Shown: positions 20,136-32,096, numbered from the stretch's first letter. The stretch: 64,000 bases of DNA from Syntrophales bacterium (GCA_963665615.2 CAXXQE010000008.1:1-64000); one strand, 5' to 3'. The notes: a model not told the origin generated them from the sequence alone. A program made the numbers and translations.

Positions 20136-21329
20136 TTACGCCGTCTCCGTATTCGGCATAATGCGGCAGATGTTCTCGCGATTGAAAGGGGAGATCTTTC
20201 TCAGATCGTTGATGAGACCCGGCATGACCTCGATGACGCGATCGATCTCGGCCTCGGTGTTGTAACGGCTCAGGGAGAAGCGGATCGAGCCGTGGATCGC
20301 GGTAAAGGGAATCCCCATCACGCGAAGGACGTGGCTCGGTTCGAGCGACCCCGAGCTGCATGCGGAGCCGGACGACGCGCAGATCCCGAACTCGTCGAGC
20401 CTCAGCAGGATCGCCTCGCCTTCGACAAATTCAAAGCTGATATTGGTCGTGTTGGGCAGCCGGTTTTCGGTATCGCCGTTGACGCTGGCATCCGGACAGC
20501 ACTTGAGCAGCGCCGCCTCCAGCTTGTCGCGAAGCCCCCCGACCACGCGGACCTCTTCGTCCAGATTCGCCAGCGCAATCTCGCAGGCCTTGCCGAAAGC
20601 GATAATGGACGCCACGTTTTCGGTCCCCGCGCGCCGGCCGTGTTCCTGATGCCCTCCGATCAGATAGGGCGCGTACCGCACGCCCTTGCGCACATAGAGC
20701 GCGCCGATTCCCTTGGGGGCGTGGAGTTTGTGACCCGACAGCGACATCATGTCCACGGGCAGGGTCTTGGTGTCGATCGGGATCTTGCCCGCCGCCTGAA
20801 CGGCATCGGTGTGGAAAAGGATGCCGCGGTCTCTCAGGATCTCGCCGACTTCGGCAATGGGGAAAACCACGCCGGTTTCGTTGTTGGCATACATGAGGGA
20901 GACAATGGCCGCATCCTCGTCCAGGGCCTTCTGAAAGGCCTGCATGTCGAGGCGCCCGCGCTTGTCCACCGGCAGGAAGGTCACGCGGTAGCCCTTGCGC
21001 ATCAGATGCTTGTAGAGATTGAGGATGGCCGGGTGCTCCACGCGGCTGGTGATCACGTGCCGCTTGTGCGGGAAGCTTTCCAGGGCGCTCATGATCGCGG
21101 TGTTGTCGCTTTCCGTGCCGCAGCTCGTGAAGATGATCTCCTCGGGCTGGGCGCCGATCAGCGCCGCCACCTGGGCGCGCGCCGCCTCGATCTTTCCGTG
21201 CACCTGGCCGCCGAAGTTGTGCATGCTGGACGGGTTGCCGTAAAGCTCCGTCAGATAGGGCCGCATGGCCTCGAAGATGTCCGGCGCAACGGCCGTGGTC
21301 GCGTTGTTGTCGAGATAGATCGGTTTCAT
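20136..21329 (-). CDS. nifS: Cysteine desulfurase NifS
   Basis: YLDNNATT, FTSCGTES, HTDAVQ, SGHKLH, SSGSACSSGS. Confidence 0.95.
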   Translation of the reverse strand: MKPIYLDNNATTAVAPDIFEAMRPYLTELYGNPSSMHNFGGQVHGKIEAARAQVAALIGAQPEEIIFTSCGTESDNTAIMSALESFPHKRHVITSRVEHPAILNLYKHLMRKGYRVTFLPVDKRGRLDMQAFQKALDEDAAIVSLMYANNETGVVFPIAEVGEILRDRGILFHTDAVQAAGKIPIDTKTLPVDMMSLSGHKLHAPKGIGALYVRKGVRYAPYLIGGHQEHGRRAGTENVASIIAFGKACEIALANLDEEVRVVGGLRDKLEAALLKCCPDASVNGDTENRLPNTTNISFEFVEGEAILLRLDEFGICASSGSACSSGSLEPSHVLRVMGIPFTAIHGSIRFSLSRYNTEAEIDRVIEVMPGLINDLRKISPFNRENICRIMPNTETA

Positions 21330-22165
21330 TTTTCACCTATAACGACGATATCGGGGCTGACGACTTCCCTGAGACGTTCCTGAATCCCTTCGAGGGTGAC
21401 GCCGCTCATCGGGCACTGGCTGCACATCGCCCGCAGGGCAAGGATGACGCGGTTGCCGTCGATATCCACGAGTTCCAGATCGCCGCCGTCGGCCATCAGG
21501 CGGGGACGGATCTCGGTCTCAAGGACATCCTGGATCAACGCGATCTTCTGGATATTGGTCAGCCTCTTTTCTATCTTCTTCGGCGCCTCCGGCGGTGGCT
21601 TCACGGCCCAAATCTCCTTGAGGATCGCCTCGATCTCCGGAACGCACGCCCCGCAGCCGCCGCCCGCCTTGGTGAAGTTGGTGATCTCCTCAGCGGTCGT
21701 CAGGTGGTTTTCGATCGCCACCTTGCGGATCTTGTCTGCGGAAACGTTGAAACAATGGCAGACGATCTTTTCTTCTTGCTCAACGGGCTTGGCCTCGCCG
21801 CGATAGTTGGCCACAGCGGCCTCCAGGGCCTCACGCGCCATGACGGAGCAGTGCATCTTCTCTTTGGGCAGACCGCCGAGATAATCGGCCACGTCCTGGT
21901 TGCTCAGCTTGAGCGCCTCGTCCAGGGTCATCCCCTTGACCATCTCCGTCAGCACGGAGGAACTCGCAATGGCCGACGCGCAGCCGAAGGTCTGGAACTT
22001 CGCGTCCTCGATGATCCCCGTCTTGTCATCGACCTTGAGGGTCAGCTTGAGCGCATCCCCGCAGGTAATGCTGCCGACCTCGCCGGTCGCATTAGCGTTT
22101 TCGACCTCGCCGACATTCTTAGGATGAAGGAAAAAGTCCTTCACTTTTTTCGTATAGTCCCACAT
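21326..22165 (-). CDS. nifU: Fe-S cluster scaffold NifU (three-domain)
   Basis: CGD, FGCASAIASSS, KMHCS, CHCF...GGGCGAC, DGGD...CSQC; start placed at MWDY. Confidence 0.95.
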   Translation of the reverse strand: MWDYTKKVKDFFLHPKNVGEVENANATGEVGSITCGDALKLTLKVDDKTGIIEDAKFQTFGCASAIASSSVLTEMVKGMTLDEALKLSNQDVADYLGGLPKEKMHCSVMAREALEAAVANYRGEAKPVEQEEKIVCHCFNVSADKIRKVAIENHLTTAEEITNFTKAGGGCGACVPEIEAILKEIWAVKPPPEAPKKIEKRLTNIQKIALIQDVLETEIRPRLMADGGDLELVDIDGNRVILALRAMCSQCPMSGVTLEGIQERLREVVSPDIVVIGEK

Positions 22166-22277
22166 AGATTCACCCTTTATTGGGAAGCCTCGGGCTTCCG
22201 AGTTCATTCCTTCCGCACCGAAGGAGTGACTATAGCTTATGGTTAAAATTAAATATGTCAACCCCTTTTACGAGGGG

Positions 22278-22874
22278 TTACTTCGTAAGCAGAAAAATCG
22301 CGTCCCGCGCCAGAAGATTAGGCCAGAAGCGGATCTCCCGCCCTTCTCCAAGATAGTGCGCATCCAGGATCTTGAGGCGCTTCTCGGCACAGAAGGCCTT
22401 GAAATCGTCTATACTGAGGAAGCGCAGGTTGGGCGTGTCATACCAGGTATAGGGTAACGACTCCGTCACCGGAGAGCGTCCCTTCAAAAAGAGCATCGAC
22501 CGCGATCCGATATGGGCGAAATTTGGAAATCCGACGATCGCATGGGTCCCGACTCGCAATGCCTCCTGGATGAGGTAATCGACCTTTTTGACCTCCTGCA
22601 TGCTCTGGTTGAGAATCACGTAGTCGAAAGAACGATCGGGGTATTCGCTCAAACCGCTTTCGATGTCGCTGTGAAAGACGCTCAGTCCTTTTTTGACGCA
22701 CTCGTAGACCGCCTCATCGTTGAGTTCGATCCCCTGGACCCGCGCCCCCTTGCCCTCGGCCAGCAGATAAAGCAGGTCGCCCGTACCGCAGCCGAGGTCG
22801 AGGACCTTCGTTCCGGGTTCAACGAGCCGGAAGATGATTTGATGATCGAGACGTATCTGCACTTTATTTTCCAT
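22278..22874 (-). CDS. metW: Methionine biosynthesis protein MetW
   Basis: VLDLGCGTG, GFPNFAH, LPYTWYDTPNLRF; follows metX. Confidence 0.93.
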   Translation of the reverse strand: MENKVQIRLDHQIIFRLVEPGTKVLDLGCGTGDLLYLLAEGKGARVQGIELNDEAVYECVKKGLSVFHSDIESGLSEYPDRSFDYVILNQSMQEVKKVDYLIQEALRVGTHAIVGFPNFAHIGSRSMLFLKGRSPVTESLPYTWYDTPNLRFLSIDDFKAFCAEKRLKILDAHYLGEGREIRFWPNLLARDAIFLLTK

Positions 22875-24015
22875 GACCGTGCGCCGTCTTATGAGATTTC
22901 GCGGTTTTCTCCAGGAAGTGACGGATCAGGGTTCCCTGCTCTTCCATATCCACGAGGAAGGCATCATGACCATACAGAGACGGCAAATCGCAGTAACTCG
23001 CCTCCACCATGCCGCGCTTCAATTGCCGGACGATTTCCTGGGACTGATACGACGGATACAGCCAATCCGATTTGAAGGAGATGATCAGAAACCGCGTCCG
23101 GATGTCTTTGCCAACGGGCAGCAGCCGGCCCTCGGAGAGGTCGAAGTAGTCAAGGGCCTTGGTAATGTAGAGATAAGAATTGGCATCGAAGCGTTTCACG
23201 AAACTGTCGCCGCGATAACGCAGATAGCCCTCCACCTCGAAATCGGCTGCAAAACTGGACTCCAGCGTTTCGGCCTTGCGCTTTCTGGAGAACTTCTCTT
23301 CCATCGAGTGCTGGCTCATAAAGGTGATGTGACCGATCATCCGCGCCACAGCGAGCCCCTTCTTCGGCTGACCGTGTTCGTAATAGTTGCCCTGTCGCCA
23401 CGACGGATCGGCCATGATTGACTGGCGGATCACTTCGTTAAACGCGATCTGCTGCGGAGAATGCTTCAGCGCCGTGGCGATCGCAATCACCGAGCGTGTG
23501 CGCTCCGGATAGGAGGCCACCCATTGCAGGGCCTGCATGCCGCCCATGGACCCGCCCGCCACCGCCAGCAGCTGATCGATCCCCAGATGATCGATGAGGC
23601 TGCGCTGCGCCGCCACCATGTCGGCAATCGTGACCATCGGGAAATCCAGGGCATAGGGCCGGCCTGTCGCCGGATTGATGGAAGACGGCCCGGTGCTGCC
23701 TTTGCAGCCTCCCAGCACGTTGGAGCAGATCACGAAGTACTTGTCGGTATCGAAGGGACGCCCCGGGCCGATCATCTCATGCCACCAGCCGGGGTCCTTG
23801 TCCCCCTTGTGCCAGCCGGCGGCGTGCGCATCTCCGGACAGCGCATGGGCAATCAGAATCGCGTTGGACTTGTCCCCGTTGAGCGCGCCGTAGGTCTCAT
23901 AGGCCAGCGTCACCGGTCCCAGCGTCTTGGCGCACTCCAGCACCAGCGGCTTGTGCTCCGCGAAACTGAAATTTTTGGTCTCAACCGGACCGATCTCTTC
24001 CTTTTTTTCTTTCAC
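22864..24015 (-). CDS. metX: Homoserine O-acyltransferase MetX
   Basis: HALSGDAH, GGSMGG, RFDANSY, GHDAFL. Confidence 0.95.
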   Translation of the reverse strand: MKEKKEEIGPVETKNFSFAEHKPLVLECAKTLGPVTLAYETYGALNGDKSNAILIAHALSGDAHAAGWHKGDKDPGWWHEMIGPGRPFDTDKYFVICSNVLGGCKGSTGPSSINPATGRPYALDFPMVTIADMVAAQRSLIDHLGIDQLLAVAGGSMGGMQALQWVASYPERTRSVIAIATALKHSPQQIAFNEVIRQSIMADPSWRQGNYYEHGQPKKGLAVARMIGHITFMSQHSMEEKFSRKRKAETLESSFAADFEVEGYLRYRGDSFVKRFDANSYLYITKALDYFDLSEGRLLPVGKDIRTRFLIISFKSDWLYPSYQSQEIVRQLKRGMVEASYCDLPSLYGHDAFLVDMEEQGTLIRHFLEKTAKSHKTAHGHGK

Positions 24016-24164
24016 TTCCTTTAAACACCTATCAATTATCTTTTTTCGATTTCTGCAACACGTTGCACAACAGGCGGTTCCAGAATGCTCGGATGCCAGG
24101 CGTCCGACGCCCTTTTTTGAGTTCCTTTTCTTTCAGCATTCTTCCGTTGCAACCTTCGAGGTTA

Positions 24165-24289
24165 CAAACTGCTCAAAAAGGTCTCAGATGCAAGGCATCG
24201 CTTCGGCCGTGGAGCGGAGCGTATATGCTAATACGTGAGCACCGCAGGCCGAAGCGTAACGCAGCAGATGAGCCTTTTTCAGCATTTTG
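24165..24289 (+). repeat. Family C palindromic repeat
   Basis: CAGATGCAAGGC...GCGTAT..ATACGTGAGCA...AACGCAGCAGATG core; 2 nt from the cysK stop; a half-copy also at 24071-24103. Confidence 0.85.
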
Positions 24290-24291
24290 CT

Positions 24292-25218
24292 CTATTTCTG
24301 GAAGAGCCAGGTAGAGAGATACCTCTCCCCCGTATCCGGCAGCAGCACCACCATCGTCTTGCCCTTTGTCTCTTCCCGCTTCGCCACCTCCAGCGCCGCC
24401 CAAAGCGCCGCACCGCTGGAGATACCGACCAGGATTCCCTCACGGCTCGCCAGCTGACGCGCCGTGTCGCCGGCATCCTCATGAGCGACCTGAATCACCT
24501 CGTCGATCACTGCACGGTTGAGGACATCGGGAACGAAACCCGCTCCGATGCCCTGAATCTTGTGCGGGCCGGGCTTTCCGCCCGATAGCACCGGCGAATC
24601 CTTCGGCTCGATGGCCACAATCTTGATCGAGGGATTGCGCTGCTTGAGGATCTCGCCCACACCGGTAATCGTGCCCCCCGTTCCGATGCCCGCCACAAAG
24701 TAATCCACTTGGCCGTCCGTATCGCGCCAGATCTCCTCGGCGGTCGTCCGGCGATGAATCTCCGGATTGGCCGGGTTCTTGAACTGCTGCGGCATAAAGC
24801 CATCCGGATTCGCCGCCAGAAGCTCTTCGGCCTTCTCGATGGCCCCCTTCATGCCCTTGGCGCCCTCGGTCAGAACGACCTCCGCCCCCAAGATCGCCAG
24901 CAGCTGTCGCCGCTCCATGCTCATCGTCTCCGGCATCGTCAGAATCAGGCGGTACCCTTTGGCGGCCGCAGCAAAGGCCAGCGCGATACCCGTGTTGCCG
25001 CTCGTCGGCTCGATGATAACCGCACCGGCTTTCAGTTTTCCCGCCTTCTCGGCTGCCTCGATCATCGCCACGCCGATCCGGTCCTTCACGCTGGAGAGCG
25101 GATTGAAGGACTCCAGTTTGACGAGTATCGTGACGCCCGTACCGTCGTTCAAACGATTAAGCCGCACCAACGGCGTATTGCCGATTGTCTGGGTGATATC
25201 ACTGTATACCTTTGCCAT
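24292..25218 (-). CDS. cysK: Cysteine synthase A
   Basis: [41 protein letters not shown]. Confidence 0.96.
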   Translation of the reverse strand: MAKVYSDITQTIGNTPLVRLNRLNDGTGVTILVKLESFNPLSSVKDRIGVAMIEAAEKAGKLKAGAVIIEPTSGNTGIALAFAAAAKGYRLILTMPETMSMERRQLLAILGAEVVLTEGAKGMKGAIEKAEELLAANPDGFMPQQFKNPANPEIHRRTTAEEIWRDTDGQVDYFVAGIGTGGTITGVGEILKQRNPSIKIVAIEPKDSPVLSGGKPGPHKIQGIGAGFVPDVLNRAVIDEVIQVAHEDAGDTARQLASREGILVGISSGAALWAALEVAKREETKGKTMVVLLPDTGERYLSTWLFQK

Positions 25219-25241
25219 AAAAGCCTCCTTCCGGCTATGAG

Positions 25242-26547
<1,306 letters not shown>

Positions 26548-26556
26548 TCAGTGGCA

Positions 26557-26697
26557 GTTAACAGTAAATGGTAAATAGTCACAAGTAACGAGTGACAAGT
26601 AACCGGAAAAAAAGAGTCGCCTGTTTCCCGCTTCTGTCTCAACTTCCATTCCTTGTCTTTCGTTATCTGTTACTCGTCACTGCGGCGACAGCCGCTA
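26557..26697. repeat. Two family H arrays in inverted orientation
   Basis: Seven heptamers on + (26557-26605); hairpin plus three heptamers on - (26660-26697) starting at the fdhD TAG. Confidence 0.85.
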
Positions 26698-27465
26698 TAC
26701 AACTCGTTCCGGTGCGCTATAGATACTCATCCGCCCGCCTCTCACAAAGGCGGCTACCGTCAGATTCGTCACTCGCGCATACTTGATCGCCTGACTCGTA
26801 GGGGCCTTCGCCGTGGCCAGTATCGGCACACCACTTCGAACCACTTTGCTGATGATCTCGGAAGAGATCCGGCCGCTGGTCAAGATAATCTTGTCGCCGA
26901 GAAAAATCTCATCGAGCAGGGCCCGACCGATCACCTTGTCGAGGGCGTTGTGCCGGCCGATATCATCCCGAAGGAAAAACATCTTTTCTGTGTCCGCAAG
27001 GGCCACGCTGTGGACACCGCTTGTCCCCTTATATTCAGTCGAGCTCCTTCGGAACGCCAGCATCAAGTTCTCAATGTACTCTGCGCTGACGCAAAGATCG
27101 CTCTCCAGCCGTGTGCGCTGCATCAGATCGATTGCGCTGTGAAAGATGACCCCCTTGCCGCAACCCGAGGTATAGATCCGTTTGAAGGCGATATCCTCGG
27201 GAAGCCCCTCCTCGGTGATCTCCATGCTCACCTTCCAGCGTTCCCGGTCGATACTCATTCCGAGGATTGAGGCGCGTTTTGAGATCACCCCGGACGTAAA
27301 GAGGAAGCCCACCGCCAGTTCTTCCAGATCCAGCGGGCTGCTTAACAGGGTCGCCGCCTCAACGCCGTTGACCTCGATGGTCAGCGGCACTTCTTCGGCC
27401 ACCGCCGACCTGACAACCTCCCGATTCCCATCTTTATCAATTCTTACAATCTCGAATTCTTCCAC
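26695..27465 (-). CDS. fdhD: Formate dehydrogenase accessory sulfurtransferase FdhD
   Basis: EEVPLTI, TSGCG, TSGVH, DIGRHNALDKVIG, SGRIS. Confidence 0.93.
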   Translation of the reverse strand: MEEFEIVRIDKDGNREVVRSAVAEEVPLTIEVNGVEAATLLSSPLDLEELAVGFLFTSGVISKRASILGMSIDRERWKVSMEITEEGLPEDIAFKRIYTSGCGKGVIFHSAIDLMQRTRLESDLCVSAEYIENLMLAFRRSSTEYKGTSGVHSVALADTEKMFFLRDDIGRHNALDKVIGRALLDEIFLGDKIILTSGRISSEIISKVVRSGVPILATAKAPTSQAIKYARVTNLTVAAFVRGGRMSIYSAPERVV

Positions 27466-27492
27466 AATACCTCTCTCAGATTCCAGGGGAGA

Positions 27493-27614
27493 GGGCTGTT
27501 CCCAAATGCCCAGATGCTAGGCGTGCGAGTCCGAGGAGCGCAGCATACTGTTGGGCGTATGTGAGCACCGCAGGCCGCGGCACAACAACGCAGATGGACG
27601 TTTGGGGGCAGCCC
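27493..27614 (+). repeat. Family C palindromic repeat (divergent copy)
   Basis: GGGCTGTTCCCAAATGCCCA...TGGACGTTTGGGGGCAGCCC terminal stem; 2 nt from the nadA stop. Confidence 0.8.
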
Positions 27615-27616
27615 GG

Positions 27617-28521
27617 TTATGATTTCAGCATCCGGTCAATGCATCCATAGGCCTTGACCCGGATCTCCTCCGGCACCGTCACTTCATAGCGCATCTCTTC
27701 CAGCGCCCAGAGAACCTTTTCAGCCGTCGTCAGTTTCATATTCGGACAGACCGCCCGGTCGGACACCGGATAAAAGCGTTTACCGGGATTCTCCTTCTGC
27801 ATGCGATAAATGATCCCGACCTCGGTTCCAATGATGAATTCAGTCTTGTCGGAATTCTTCACATACCGGATCATCCCCTCGGTGGACAGGGCCTGATCCG
27901 CGGCCTCAATCACATTCGGCGGACACTCCGGATGCACCAGCACCTCGGCCCCGGGATGGCGCAGCCCGCACATCGCGAATATGTTCGGGCAGAATGGCGG
28001 CATGGGTCGGACAGAAACCCTTCCAGACGATAAATTGCCGCCCCGTCTGCTTTGCCGTATAGGCCGCCAGATACTGGTCGGGCACAAAGATGATCTCTTT
28101 TTCATCGCGCAGAACCTCGGCAACCATCCGGGTTGCGTTGGCCGACGTACAACACAGGTCGCACTCCGCCTTGACCTCCGCGGTCGTATTGACATAGCAC
28201 AGGACCTTGGCACCGGGATGCTGCGCCTTGAGCGCCCGCAACTGCTCCGCCGTGATCATATCGGCCATGGGACAGCCGGCGGAGGCGTCCGGAATGAGGA
28301 CGGTCTTCTGCGGAGAGAGGATCTTTGCCGTCTCCGCCATGAAGTACACGCCGCAAAAAAACGATCACGTCCGCCTGAGTCTTCGCCGCCTCGATACTGA
28401 GCCCCAGCGAGTCACCGATGAAATCGGCCAGGTCGTGAACCTCGGGCAGCTGGTAGTTGTGAACCAGGATGACCGCATTCTTTTCTTTCTTCAGTTTGGC
28501 TATTCGCTCACTAATGTTCAC
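27617..28521 (-). pseudogene. nadA: Quinolinate synthase NadA with two +1 frameshifts (possibly sequencing errors)
   Basis: HNYQ, GDS, FMAETAK, GCPMA, YVNT, HPEC, GTE, CPNMK spread over three frames; shifts at A7 28355-28361 and near 27958-27967. Confidence 0.85.
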
Positions 28522-29590
28522 CGATCGCTCCTTCAATAATGCCGCCGCCGACCACGGTGTCTCCGTCATAAAGCACGACGGATTGACCCGGTGTGACGGC
28601 CTCCTGTTGTTCGTCAAACAGTACCAGCAGTTTATCGCCCTTGGCCTCCAATCGGCAAGGCACTTCTTTTTTTCGATAGCGGATCTTCGCCGCCGCCCGA
28701 AGGGGCCAGCCGTCCTGCAGGCAAATCAGCGCGGACGCCGTCAGCCCCCGGGAACGCAACTCGTCTTTGTTACCCACGACAATCCGGTTGGCCGCAGCGT
28801 CGATTTCCAGGACATAAAGCGGTGTCGGATGACTGATCCCCAGACCACCCCGTTGACCGATCGTGTAATAGACGATCCCCCGGTGACGTCCCAATACGCG
28901 TCCTGAACGGTTGACAATCTCACCGGGATGAATATCGCAGCCATGCCGCTCGAAAAAGGTCGACAGATTCCCGCGTCCCACAAAACAGATATCCTGGCTC
29001 TCCGCCTTGCCGGCCACGGGAAGTCCCGCCTCCGCTGCAATCCGGCGCACCTCCTCCTTCATCAGCCCCCCGAGCGGGAACAACACGGCATCGAGGGCGG
29101 TCCGACCGATCGGATAAAGGAAGTAGGTCTGGTCTTTCCCGCGATCCGCGGGCTTTCGCATGTGGATACCACGCGAATCGCTTTCGAGCAAGGCATAGTG
29201 TCCGGTCGCCAGATAATCGAATCCCATCGCCCGCGATCGGTCGAGCAGGAGCCCAAACTTCAGGCAGGCATTGCAATCCACGCAGGGATTCGGGGTACGG
29301 CCACGGCGGTATTCGGCAATGAACCGTCCGATGACCTTCTCCTCCATCGCTGCCGCAAAATCCAGCACATAATGCGGGATGCCGATCGCATCGCAGACCC
29401 GGCGGGCGTCTCCGACCGCGTCCGCACCGCAGCACTTCGCCTCTCCGGCGCCATCTTCGGCGATGCCGAGGCACATCGTTGCGCCGGCCAGGTCGTAGCC
29501 TTCCTTCTTAAGCAGAAGCGCCGCCACGGAGGAATCCACGCCGCCGCTCATCGCCACGAGAACCTTCTTATGCTTCTTCTGCGCTGCCAT
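28511..29590 (-). CDS. mnmA: tRNA 2-thiouridylase MnmA
   Basis: [40 protein letters not shown]. Confidence 0.96.
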   Translation of the reverse strand: MAAQKKHKKVLVAMSGGVDSSVAALLLKKEGYDLAGATMCLGIAEDGAGEAKCCGADAVGDARRVCDAIGIPHYVLDFAAAMEEKVIGRFIAEYRRGRTPNPCVDCNACLKFGLLLDRSRAMGFDYLATGHYALLESDSRGIHMRKPADRGKDQTYFLYPIGRTALDAVLFPLGGLMKEEVRRIAAEAGLPVAGKAESQDICFVGRGNLSTFFERHGCDIHPGEIVNRSGRVLGRHRGIVYYTIGQRGGLGISHPTPLYVLEIDAAANRIVVGNKDELRSRGLTASALICLQDGWPLRAAAKIRYRKKEVPCRLEAKGDKLLVLFDEQQEAVTPGQSVVLYDGDTVVGGGIIEGAIGEH

Positions 29591-29616
29591 CTATTTTTCG
29601 CGTTTGAAGTTAAATT

Positions 29617-29658
29617 CGGCTTACGCCGCTGTAACAAGTTACAAGTAACGAGTGACAG
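29617..29658 (+). repeat. Family H hairpin plus heptamer array
   Basis: CGGC-TTAC-GCCGC T GTAACAA GTTACAA GTAACGA GTGACAG. Confidence 0.8.
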
Positions 29659-29685
29659 GCGGAAGGGCGCTCGTTCGCATCCCCC

Positions 29686-30843
29686 TTAACTCGTTCTAAG
29701 CCTCTTCACGATGCCCGGCAGAATATCCAGAACGCGGTCGATTTCCGCTTCCGTCGTGCCCCTGCCGAGACTCAGCCTCAATGCCCCGTATGCCTGGGCC
29801 CGTTCAACGCCGATCGCCATCAGGACGTGCGACGGTTCCACCGTGATCGACGTACAGGCCGAGCCGGCCGAACAGCAGATCCCCTTCATATCGAGGCTCA
29901 CCACCAGCGCCTCAGCGGCCGTCCCGTCAAAGCAGATATTGACATTGTTGGGGAGCCGCCGGTTGCGATCGCCGTTGAGGGATGCGCCTTCATCCCGTGC
30001 GAGGAGACCGTCGATCAGCCGATTTCGCAGGGCCGTGATGCGTTGGGCCTCCACCACCATGTCACGTGACGCCAGTTCAATGGCCTTGCCCAAACCCACA
30101 ATCGCCGGCACGTTGTGCGTCGAGGCACGTCGCCGCTTTTCCTGTTCCCCGCCGTGCAGCAGGGGCTCGATCCGGGTTCCCTTGCGGATATAGAGAAAAC
30201 CCGCCCCCTTGGGACCATGGAACTTGTGGGCCGAGGCGCTGAGGAGATCCACGCCGAGTTCATCCACCCGCGTCGGCAGGTGCCCCACCGTCTGAACCGC
30301 ATCTGTATGGAAGGGAATGCCATATTCCCGGGCAATCGTGCCGATCTCCGTGACAGGCTGAATGGTGCCGATCTCGTTGTTAGCGTGCATGATCGAGATC
30401 AGGACCGTCTCATCGGTGATCGCCTTGCGAACATCCTCCGGATCGATCCGCCCCTTGTCGTCCACCTGGAGATAGGTCACCAGCACCCCGTTGTCTTCCA
30501 GATGCCGGCAGGTCTCCAGAACCGCATGGTGTTCGATCGTCGAGGTAATCACATGGTTCCCCCGATCGGCCATTGCCGCAACAACACCTTTAAGAGCAAA
30601 GTTATCGCTTTCCGTGCCGCTTGCCGTAAAAACGATCTCATCCGATGACGCGCCGAGAAAGGCGGCCACCCGGCCCCGCGCCGACTCGATCGCCCGCTTC
30701 GCCTCCTGCCCCAAGGCATGAACGCTGAGAGGGTTGCCGAAGCGCTCTGCAAACCAGGGCAGCATGGCCTCCACGACCTCCGGCGCAGCCGGCGTCGTCG
30801 CTGCATAATCCAGATAGATGCGCTCCTGTGCCTTGTGAATCAT
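29686..30843 (-). CDS. iscS: Cysteine desulfurase (IscS/NifS class I)
   Basis: YLDYAATT, ANNEIG, SAHKFHGPKG, SAGSACTS; between Rrf2 and mnmA. Confidence 0.9.
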   Translation of the reverse strand: MIHKAQERIYLDYAATTPAAPEVVEAMLPWFAERFGNPLSVHALGQEAKRAIESARGRVAAFLGASSDEIVFTASGTESDNFALKGVVAAMADRGNHVITSTIEHHAVLETCRHLEDNGVLVTYLQVDDKGRIDPEDVRKAITDETVLISIMHANNEIGTIQPVTEIGTIAREYGIPFHTDAVQTVGHLPTRVDELGVDLLSASAHKFHGPKGAGFLYIRKGTRIEPLLHGGEQEKRRRASTHNVPAIVGLGKAIELASRDMVVEAQRITALRNRLIDGLLARDEGASLNGDRNRRLPNNVNICFDGTAAEALVVSLDMKGICCSAGSACTSITVEPSHVLMAIGVERAQAYGALRLSLGRGTTEAEIDRVLDILPGIVKRLRTS

Positions 30844-30893
30844 AAACGTCCCGATCGCTCAACTGGAAGTTCGTCGAAATACAACCTGTTTTT

Positions 30894-31017
30894 TCAGGCT
30901 GTTCAAAAATGCTCAGATGCAAGGCGCGCGAGGACTGCGAGCGGAGCGTATCGTTTAATACGTGAGCATCGCAGCCCGGAGCGCAACGCAGCAGATGAGC
31001 GTTTTTGAACAGCCTGA
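30894..31017 (+). repeat. Family C palindromic repeat (reference copy)
   Basis: 22-bp terminal IR TCAGGCTGTTCAAAAATGCTCA / TGAGCGTTTTTGAACAGCCTGA; abuts the Rrf2 stop. Confidence 0.9.
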
Positions 31018-31455
31018 CTATATGTTTCCGCCCATCAGGTGATTAGCCTTCTCCTCATCCATCTGTAGAAGCTTTTCCATCGTTACCGATGCCAGAAGCT
31101 CCGAAATCTTTCCTCCGAGTAAATCCCAGACATCGCGGCTGGCGCAGGACAGCGTCCGGGGGCAGACCCCTGGATCGCGAACGCAGTCAACGAGGCAATC
31201 CCCTTCCAGTACATCAACAATATCCTTGAGGGTAATCTCAGAGGGCGCCTTTGCCAGAGAATACCCGCCGTAAGCCCCTCGTACCGAATGAACAAGCCCA
31301 ACCCCCCGCAGGGGAATGATGATTTGACTCAGATATTTTTCCGATATTTCTTCAATTTTGGCAATATCTTTCAGGTAAACACTCCCCTGACCGTAATGCC
31401 GGGCAAGCGCAAGCATCATCCTGACACCGTATCGGGTTCTGGTTGAAAGTTTCAT
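31018..31455 (-). CDS. Rrf2-family regulator (IscR/CymR-like) with Cys cluster
   Basis: MKLSTRTRYG, SVRGAYGGY, C-x3-C-x6-C-x5-C. Confidence 0.92.
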   Translation of the reverse strand: MKLSTRTRYGVRMMLALARHYGQGSVYLKDIAKIEEISEKYLSQIIIPLRGVGLVHSVRGAYGGYSLAKAPSEITLKDIVDVLEGDCLVDCVRDPGVCPRTLSCASRDVWDLLGGKISELLASVTMEKLLQMDEEKANHLMGGNI

Positions 31456-31470
31456 CCCTTCCTCTTAAAC

Positions 31471-31522
31471 TATATTTTCTATCTATTTTGTAGTAATTAA
31501 CTTGAAAAAATCGGCCCGTCAA
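31471..31522 (-). promoter_or_regulatory. Sigma70-type promoter and possible Rrf2 operator
   Basis: TTGACG-17-TAATTA followed by AT-rich CTACAAAATAGATAG. Confidence 0.45.
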
Positions 31523-31537
31523 GTAAATTTGTTTAAC

Positions 31538-31566
31538 GCGGCTTGCGCCGCAGTGACGAGTGACAG
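31538..31566 (+). repeat. Family H hairpin plus heptamers
   Basis: GCGGC-TTGC-GCCGC A GTGACGA GTGACAG. Confidence 0.75.
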
Positions 31567-31643
31567 GCAAAAAGATCCGCTCCCGCTGGCCGCTGAGTTG
31601 GATCGCTAGATTTAATAAAGGGGGAAAGGGGTTGAACTTATTT

Positions 31644-32096
31644 ATGGACACATCGAAAGGTAAAATTCTTTCCGTCAACATCAGCGAGCGCAAGGGTGAA
31701 AAGAAGTACAACATCACTTCCTGCCGGCTGTTGAAAGATACCGGCCTGGAGCATGATGCCCATGCGGGGATGAAAACCAGGCAGGTGAGCCTCCTGGCCG
31801 AAGAAAGTGTCCGGAAGATCCGGGAAAAAGGACTCGACGTTCAATACGGGGATTTTGCGGAAAATCTCACGACCGAAGGCATTACGTTACATCAACTGCC
31901 GATCGGAACGCTTCTGAAGATCGGCGAAACAGTTATGCTGCGAGTGACCCAGATCGGCAAGGAGTGCCATACGCGCTGTAATATCTTTTATCAGGTCGGG
32001 GACTGCGTCATGCCCCGGGAGGGGATCTTTGCAGAGGTTCTGACAGAGGGCGACGTTGCCGTGGGAGATACCATCGAAGTCTGTTTGCAGGATTAA
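31644..32096 (+). CDS. MOSC-domain protein
   Basis: DAHAG, RQVSLLA, GDFAENL, TQIGKECH..C, CVMPREGIF. Confidence 0.92.
   Translation: MDTSKGKILSVNISERKGEKKYNITSCRLLKDTGLEHDAHAGMKTRQVSLLAEESVRKIREKGLDVQYGDFAENLTTEGITLHQLPIGTLLKIGETVMLRVTQIGKECHTRCNIFYQVGDCVMPREGIFAEVLTEGDVAVGDTIEVCLQD

Noticed and set aside
24016..24165. SAM riboswitch or T-box upstream of metX or metY
   Set aside because: No SAM-I or T-box consensus; the spacers are filled by repeat families C and H.
26557..26605. Heptamer arrays as a CRISPR array
   Set aside because: Units are 7 bp, contiguous and lack spacers; no cas genes in the window.
28350..28365. Programmed frameshifting in nadA or metY
   Set aside because: All three events are single extra bases in short runs, nadA would need two, and I know of no recoding in these families; error or mutation is simpler.
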